A stretch of DNA of 64,000 bases. Source: an uncultured Caulobacter sp. Lineage in GTDB: Bacteria > Pseudomonadota > Alphaproteobacteria > Caulobacterales > Caulobacteraceae. Under the pieces are notes generated by a model that ran no database searches, was not told where the DNA came from, and was given only the letters and a program-made list of their open reading frames with translations. This document shows positions 58,809-64,000 of the stretch, in pieces. The translations under genes were made by a program, and so were the position numbers. Position 1 is the stretch's first letter. The number at the start of each line of letters is the position of its first letter. The DNA lies in assembly GCA_937925635.1 (NCBI GenBank), contig CALALX010000003.1, positions 6,598-70,597 on the forward strand, given 5' to 3'.

Positions 58809-59192
58809 ATGCGTATCCGCACACTCGCCTTCGCCCTCACCGCCGCGACAGCGGCCTTCGGCTTCGCCGCCCAGGCCCAGGAATCGGCGCCGACGCCGAA
58901 GCCGACCCCCGACGCCATGCCGCCGGCCGTGACGCCCCCGCCGGCCGCCGAGAGCGCGGCCCAGCCGAGCTCCGTCACGGTCGGCGCCAAACTGGAGGCC
59001 GGCGCGAAGGTGTCTGACGCCGCCGGCGGCGAGATCGGCATGATCTCCGGCGTCAGCGGCTCGAACGTCACGCTCAGCATCGACGGCAAGAGCTACAGCG
59101 TGCCCGCCTCCAGCCTCAGCACCACCAGCGGCGTGATCGTCAGCAGCAGCACCAAGGCGCAGATCACCGGCGCCGACAAGCCGACGAAATAG
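58809..59192 (+). CDS. Small secreted protein with Pro-rich linker and PRC-barrel-like C-terminus
   Basis: Signal peptide ending AAQAQ; GAKVSDAAGGEIG.I..V.G..V.L pattern. Confidence 0.65.
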   Translation: MRIRTLAFALTAATAAFGFAAQAQESAPTPKPTPDAMPPAVTPPPAAESAAQPSSVTVGAKLEAGAKVSDAAGGEIGMISGVSGSNVTLSIDGKSYSVPASSLSTTSGVIVSSSTKAQITGADKPTK

Positions 59193-59263
59193 GCCGGAAG
59201 ACGGCGCGGTCACCCTCGCGCCCCCCAAGCGTGGCCGCGCCTTTCTACCTTCATCGCGCGCGA

Positions 59264-59312
59264 CTTGATTGAATGCTCAAGGTCTGCCAGTCTCTTGATT
59301 GACTGATCAAGG
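59264..59312. promoter_or_regulatory. Tandem TetR-type operators
   Basis: cttgattgaatgctcaagg (59264-59282) and cttgattgactgatcaagg (59294-59312), exactly 30 bp apart. Confidence 0.75.
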
Positions 59313-59321
59313 GGCAAGCCC

Positions 59322-59951
59322 GTGGAAGCGACCACCCGCGAGCGCATTCTGTTCGCCGCGATGACCCTCTTCTCCGAGAAGGGGTATCTGTCGACCTCGG
59401 TGGCGGACATCCTGAAGGAGGCCGGGGCCAATTCCGGCAGCCTCTACCACTTCTATCCGACAAAGCAGGACGTGCTGCTGGCGGTGCTCGAGATGTACCG
59501 CGACGGCATCTATCCGATGCTCTTGGCTCCGGCCTGGGAGGGCGTCGACGATCCCATCGAACGGATCTTCGCCCTTCTCGGCGCCTATCGCGAGGCGCTG
59601 CGCACGACCGACTGTCTTTACGGCTGCCCGATCGGTTCGATCGCCCTGGAGCTCCACGAGCCGGACCCGCCGGTGCGCGAGCTGCTGTCTGTCAACTTCG
59701 ACGGCTGGGTGAAGCACGTGAAAGGCTGCCTGGACCAGGCGAGGGATCGCCTGCCGCAGGGCACGGACACCCGGGCCCTCGCGGTCTTCGTCCTGACCAC
59801 GATGGAGGGCGGGGTGATGCAGTCGCGCACCCATCGCACCCTGGAGGCGTTCGACGCCTCGGTCGCGAGCCTGCGATCCTACATCACGCTGCTGGAGGCC
59901 GCCGCCGGCGGTGCGACGGTGCGGGCCGCCAGAGCGGAGACTGGCACATGA
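59322..59951 (+). CDS. TetR family regulator (LmrA/YxaF-like C-terminus)
   Basis: TRERILFAAMTLF..KGY..TSV.DI...GSLYHFYPTKQD; GCPIGSIALE. Confidence 0.92.
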   Translation: MEATTRERILFAAMTLFSEKGYLSTSVADILKEAGANSGSLYHFYPTKQDVLLAVLEMYRDGIYPMLLAPAWEGVDDPIERIFALLGAYREALRTTDCLYGCPIGSIALELHEPDPPVRELLSVNFDGWVKHVKGCLDQARDRLPQGTDTRALAVFVLTTMEGGVMQSRTHRTLEAFDASVASLRSYITLLEAAAGGATVRAARAETGT

Positions 59952-60613
59952 AGCGCGTCCTGCCGGCGGCCGTCGCCGCCCTGAGTCTGACCCTTGCCGG
60001 CGCGGCCACGGCCGCCGAGCCGACCTTCCCGGACTGGCGTCAGTACCGCGATGTCGCCAACAGCTCCTATGTCGAGCCGGACGGCGACAAGGTCCTGCAG
60101 CTGTCAATCGTCGTGAAGGCTACGCCAGCCCAGGTCTGGCGCGCCTTCACCACCGGGGAAGGCTATCGCGAATGGGTCGCGCCGGTGGCGCGGATCGACC
60201 TCGCCGTCGATGGGATCATCGAGGCCAGCTACGACGCGAACGCGCAGATCGGCGACCCCGACAACATCAAGAACCGCATCGTCGCCTTTGTGCCCGAGCG
60301 GATGCTGTCCATTCGCAACGTCCAGGCGCCCAAGGCCCTGCCGCATCGCGACCTGTTCCCGCGGATCTCGACGACGATAGAGTTTGAGGACCTCGGCCTG
60401 GGCCGCACGCGCGTGGTGCTGACCGCGGTCGGTTACGGGCCCGGGGCCGGCTTCGATACGCTCTACCGCCACTTCGAGTGGGGCAACGCCTATACGCTCA
60501 ATGAACTGAAGAAGCGCTTCGACACGGGACCCGTCGACTGGGCCGCCGTCGCAGAGCGCCGCAAGGCCGCGGCCGCCTCGGCGGTCGTTACAGGGGGAGG
60601 AACAACGAAATGA
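59948..60613 (+). CDS. Exported SRPBCC (START-like, AHSA1) domain protein
   Basis: Signal peptide; ATPAQVWRAFTT.EG..EW, IVAFVPERMLS and TRVVL; ATGA overlap with the TetR gene. Confidence 0.8.
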   Translation: MKRVLPAAVAALSLTLAGAATAAEPTFPDWRQYRDVANSSYVEPDGDKVLQLSIVVKATPAQVWRAFTTGEGYREWVAPVARIDLAVDGIIEASYDANAQIGDPDNIKNRIVAFVPERMLSIRNVQAPKALPHRDLFPRISTTIEFEDLGLGRTRVVLTAVGYGPGAGFDTLYRHFEWGNAYTLNELKKRFDTGPVDWAAVAERRKAAAASAVVTGGGTTK

Positions 60614-60951
60614 ACCGGAACGCGCTGATCGTCGCCACCGTCATCGGGACGGGGCTTCAGATGGCCATGGTGATCGCAGGACACTTCGTCCCGGCGGTGG
60701 CCAATCTCTTCGCTATCGTCGGCATTCTGATCTCGCTGGTCGCCGGCCTGCTCTACGCCCGCGCGGCGAAGAGCGGCTGGGGCGACAGCCTGCTGGGCGG
60801 CGTGATCGCCGGCGCGCTCTGCGCCCTGATCGGCATCGCCATGTCCTGGGCGCTCGGCGACGTCGAGGCTCTCATCCTCGTCATCGGCACGCTCAGCTCC
60901 GCCGTCGGCGGCCTGATCGGCGGCGCGATCGGCAAGCTGATCGCGAAGTAG
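60610..60951 (+). CDS. Small Gly/Ala-rich four-TM membrane protein
   Basis: 113 aa, hydrophobic; ATGA overlap with the SRPBCC gene. Confidence 0.75.
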   Translation: MNRNALIVATVIGTGLQMAMVIAGHFVPAVANLFAIVGILISLVAGLLYARAAKSGWGDSLLGGVIAGALCALIGIAMSWALGDVEALILVIGTLSSAVGGLIGGAIGKLIAK

Positions 60952-60961
60952 CGCGCCTTCT

Positions 60962-61112
60962 CCCTTCCTCCTCGATGGAGGAAGGGTCGGGGATGGTGGT
61001 GGAGGCCATGCTTATCCGGAAGGGTGAGTGAGGCGCTGAGCCACCCGTCGCCATCCTTCGAAGCAGCGGCCACACCCCGCACCCCTGCCCCTCCCCCATC
61101 GAGGGGGAGGGG
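60962..61112. repeat. ~150-bp CCCTCCCCC/GGGGGAGGG-type palindromic intergenic repeat
   Basis: Terminal hairpins cccttcctcctcgatggaggaaggg (60962-60986) and cccctcccccatcgagggggagggg (61088-61112) are inverted homologues; between convergent genes. Confidence 0.75.
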
Positions 61113-61123
61113 TTCAAGGATCC

Positions 61124-61939
61124 CTAGTCCGCGAAGACCGGCGCGCGTTTCTGCATGTTGGCCATGACGGCCTCGATCTGGTTCGGCGAGCCGATGAGTG
61201 CGGTCTGCTCGACCGACTCGGCCAGCAGCACCTCATGCTGACTTCCCGCCGCCGCCACTTCGAACAGCCGCTTGTCGGCGCGGATGGCGTGCGGGTTCTT
61301 GCCCGCGATCTCTGCGGCCAGGGCCAGGGCGTCGGCGCGCGGATTGGCGCAGACGCGGGTGGCGAAGCCGAGCTGGACGGCCTCCTCGCCGGTGAACTGG
61401 CGGCCGGTGTAGGTCAGTTCGCGGATGATGTCGTCGCGGGCCAGATGGCGCATCAGCACCAGTCCGGCCATGTCGGGCACCAGGCCCCACTTGATCTCCA
61501 TGACCGACATCCGCGTGTCGGCCGTCACGTAGCGGATGTCCGCCCCGAGAGTCAGCTGGAAGCCGCCGCCGAAGGCCACGCCATGGATCGCCGCGATCAC
61601 CGGGACCGGGATCTCGCGCCAGACCATGACCGCGTGCTGGGCCCTGTTGCTGCCGCCCGGCGTGCGGTCGGCGGTGACCAGAGCGTCGGCGTTCCCGCCC
61701 TTGCGCTCGCCCGAGGCCATCTTGCCGAAGTTGCCCATGTCGAGCCCGGCGCAGAAGGCGCGGCCTTCGCCCGACAGCACCACGACCCTGACCGACGGAT
61801 CGGCCTTGAGCCGTTCGCCGGTCTCGATCAGCGCCGAGAACATGGCGTCGTCCAGGGCGTTCATCTTGTCGACGCGGACCAGACGGACGTCGGCGACGCC
61901 GCCCTCGATGCTAACGGAAATGCGGTCTTCGGCGCTCAT
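61124..61939 (-). CDS. Enoyl-CoA hydratase/isomerase (crotonase) family
   Basis: AFCAGLD, PVIAAIHGVAFGGGFQL and MEIKWGLVPD. Confidence 0.93.
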   Translation of the reverse strand: MSAEDRISVSIEGGVADVRLVRVDKMNALDDAMFSALIETGERLKADPSVRVVVLSGEGRAFCAGLDMGNFGKMASGERKGGNADALVTADRTPGGSNRAQHAVMVWREIPVPVIAAIHGVAFGGGFQLTLGADIRYVTADTRMSVMEIKWGLVPDMAGLVLMRHLARDDIIRELTYTGRQFTGEEAVQLGFATRVCANPRADALALAAEIAGKNPHAIRADKRLFEVAAAGSQHEVLLAESVEQTALIGSPNQIEAVMANMQKRAPVFAD

Positions 61940-62126
61940 GGCGGGCGGTTCCCTCGGCGTGGTCTGGGCGTTTCGCGACAGCTAACGACCCTCGCGCGCC
62001 CTTCGCAAGCGTGCCCCGAGGGAACCTCGCCGTCGCGGCGGAACCGTCACGGTTGCCGCAGCCCCCTCGCGCCGATAGAGATGCGACGACAGAGGCGGCG
62101 TCCGCGCCGTCCGGAGAACGGTGACG

Positions 62127-62507
62127 ATGGCGTCCAAAGCGAAATCCAACAAGGCGGCCGGCGGACTGATCTGGGATCTGCTCACCTTCGAGCGCCTGAT
62201 GACCGGCCCGGTGGTGCACCTGATCTACTGGGCCGGCCTGGGGGTGATCATCCTGGGCGCCTTCGGGGCGATCGGCGCGGCGGTCGGCGTGGCGCTGAAT
62301 GACGACAACCTGATCGGCAAGCTGTTGGCCCTGCCGGTGACCGTGGCCGGTCTGCTGGTCTGCGTGGCGCTGGCCCTGCTGTGGCGGTCTTTCTGCGAGC
62401 TGTACGTCGCCGTCTTCCGCATCGCCGACGACCTGCGCGCGCTGCGCCACGCCAGCGACGCCGATCACGTCCTCAAGCGCCAAGTCCCGCCGCCGGACGC
62501 GCTGTAA
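62127..62507 (+). CDS. DUF4282-like membrane protein
   Basis: LLTFERLMT..VVHLIYW...WRSFCEL.VAVFRIADDL. Confidence 0.75.
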   Translation: MASKAKSNKAAGGLIWDLLTFERLMTGPVVHLIYWAGLGVIILGAFGAIGAAVGVALNDDNLIGKLLALPVTVAGLLVCVALALLWRSFCELYVAVFRIADDLRALRHASDADHVLKRQVPPPDAL

Positions 62508-62531
62508 GGCTTCCAACGTCTCAAATTCCCT

Positions 62532-62563
62532 CGTCATGGTCCCGGACAAGCCGGGCCATGACG
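62532..62563. repeat. Collapsed CGTCATGG-family REP hairpin between convergent genes
   Basis: cgtcatggtcccggacaagccgggccatgacg; right half matches the right arm of 30752-30875. Confidence 0.7.
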
Positions 62564-62576
62564 GTGGAAAGGGAAG

Positions 62577-63683
62577 CTAGCGCTTGAGAGCGCTGACCAC
62601 CGCCTCGAACGCCGGCTTCGGTCGGCCGGCGTTGTCGAACAGCAGCGGCGTGTCCGTCGCGTTCTCACGTTTCAACCAGCTGTCGCCGTCACGCAGGCCC
62701 CAGACCGTGAACGCGAACTGTTGCCGCGCGGGCAAGGCGGCGAACGCTTCCATGGCCTCGCCGTAGAGCGCCGCCTGCCGCCGATCGTTCTCGGCGCGAT
62801 TGCCCAGCAGGGCGCCCTGCACGACCGACACATCCATCTCCGAAAGATGGATGGGCAGGCCGAAGCCAGCGAGCGCCTTCAGCGTCCGCGTGATGGCGCC
62901 GGCCGGCAGGCTCGAGTCGAGGTGCGTCTGGCAGCCGATGCCGCCCAGGGGCACGCCTTCCCGCAGAAGTTGCTCGATCAGCCGCATATAGCTGGCCAGC
63001 TTCGCGGGCTTGCTCTCCAGGTGATAGTCGTTGGTGAACAGCACCGCGTCCGGGTCGGCCGCCCGGGCGGCCTCGAAGGCGACGCGGAAGTGGCCCGTCT
63101 GGCCCAGGCGCCGGCTCCACAGGCTGTCGCGCGGGCCGCCGCCGTCGTCCCGGATCGGCTCGTTGACGACATCCCAGCCGGCGGCGATCCCGCGGTAACG
63201 GCCGACCATGGCGGTCACATAGTTGCGCAGGGCGCCCTCGAAGCTCTGGCGGCGCTCGTCGAGCCTCAGGAAGGCCTCGGGCTCGTTGGCGTACCAGACC
63301 AGCGTATGGCCGAAGAGGCGCAGGCCCCGGCCGCGGGCGAAGGCCGCGATGGCGTCGGACCGGTCGAACCGGAACGAACCGTCCGCCTGGACCACGTACT
63401 CCATCTTCATCTCCCACTCGGCGGTGAGCTGGGAGAAATGGGTCGCGGCGAGGTGGGTCCAGGCCGGATCCTGAAGCTGGCCCGCCTGGACGGCGACGCC
63501 GACCGGGAAGGGCGCGATGGACTTCAGCGGCGGGGCGTCAGCGGGCTGGGCGGCGGCGGGCTCGCGGACGCAGGCCGCCAGGGCGAGGGCCGAGGCCATC
63601 ACGGTGCGGCGGGAGAGCGTCGGGCACAGGTCAAGACGTCCCTCGGGACGCCTCGAACGGTCCCCGATGGAGCGCCTGGTCAC
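62577..63683 (-). CDS. GH10 endo-1,4-beta-xylanase-like protein, Tat/lipoprotein signal
   Basis: EWEMK, GHTLVW, WDVVNEP (acid/base Glu), LSEMD (nucleophile Glu) and VWG; SRRTVM...LAAC; GTG overlaps the fliJ stop. Confidence 0.9.
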   Translation of the reverse strand: MTRRSIGDRSRRPEGRLDLCPTLSRRTVMASALALAACVREPAAAQPADAPPLKSIAPFPVGVAVQAGQLQDPAWTHLAATHFSQLTAEWEMKMEYVVQADGSFRFDRSDAIAAFARGRGLRLFGHTLVWYANEPEAFLRLDERRQSFEGALRNYVTAMVGRYRGIAAGWDVVNEPIRDDGGGPRDSLWSRRLGQTGHFRVAFEAARAADPDAVLFTNDYHLESKPAKLASYMRLIEQLLREGVPLGGIGCQTHLDSSLPAGAITRTLKALAGFGLPIHLSEMDVSVVQGALLGNRAENDRRQAALYGEAMEAFAALPARQQFAFTVWGLRDGDSWLKRENATDTPLLFDNAGRPKPAFEAVVSALKR

Positions 63684-64000
63684 CGGCCGGCCAGCCGTCG
63701 AAGCCCCAGTTCGTCCAGGGCGGCGGTGTCGCGGCGCACCTGCTCCTTGCGGGCGGCCGTCGCGTGGGCGTCGTTGACGTGTTCGTACTTCTTCAGCGCC
63801 TCGAAGGCCTCGCTCAAGGCGTCGCGGGCGCCGGCCTCCTCGAGCGCGATGGCGTCGATGTCCGTCTGCACGGCCGCCTTGCGCTGCTTGAGGCCTTCGC
63901 GAAACCCGGCCAGGTACCAGCCGGCCTCGGCGTCGTTGCGCGCGCGCAAAAGCTCCGCCTCGCCCTCGGCTTCGAGCACGACGAGGCGCAGCTCGGCGGC
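63680..64000 (-). CDS. fliJ: Flagellar export chaperone FliJ (5'-truncated by window edge)
   Basis: Frame open to the window end; coiled coil with LSEAFEALKKYE...LDELG pattern of alphaproteobacterial FliJ. Confidence 0.8.
   Translation of the reverse strand, partial: AAELRLVVLEAEGEAELLRARNDAEAGWYLAGFREGLKQRKAAVQTDIDAIALEEAGARDALSEAFEALKKYEHVNDAHATAARKEQVRRDTAALDELGLRRLAGR

Noticed and set aside
60893-61117. 74-aa ORF (MNPSPSMGEGQG...)
   Set aside because: Translation of the palindromic repeat element, a common spurious call

Overview
High-GC alphaproteobacterial chromosomal window from a Caulobacteraceae-like organism (Caulobacter/Phenylobacterium type, inferred from ctrA, sciP, flbD, a Cle-type regulator and ftr/sigma54 elements). 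It is mostly core genome. From left to right: (1) dnaJ-domain, bolA, an HWE kinase/receiver pair and corC-aroB-aroK / orf-xerD; (2) an ~11 kb acyl-CoA/secondary-metabolism block between xerD and accA (Chloroflexus-type malyl-CoA lyase, three hotdog thioesterases, egtB-egtD, a P450, a DapA-like lyase and an SDR); (3) a Cle-type CheY plus a His-less Hpt-like gene; (4) a split prfA...MOSC-prmC-DUF4167 region; (5) an M23 peptidase and a five-gene arsenic cluster; (6) a secreted 4x cyanovirin-like + beta/gamma-crystallin protein; (7) ctrA-mnmA, a vapBC module and the flagellar cluster flgL-flgK / fliK-flgD-flgE-sciP-fliF-fliG-fliH-fliN-flbD-flhA; (8) a TetR-SRPBCC operon and a fliJ-coupled GH10 gene. 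I recognised no rRNA, tRNA, CRISPR array, prophage or intact IS. The most interesting signals are non-coding or architectural: eight GANTC (CcrM) sites in 193 bp upstream of ctrA, seven of them inside palindromes; a CTTGATTGA-N4-TCAA box shared by the TetR-SRPBCC promoter and a DUF4287/DUF5655 gene 24 kb away; a 12-bp hairpin burying the fliG start codon; and the tandem lectin-repeat secreted protein. All family calls come from motif recognition by eye; no database searches were run.
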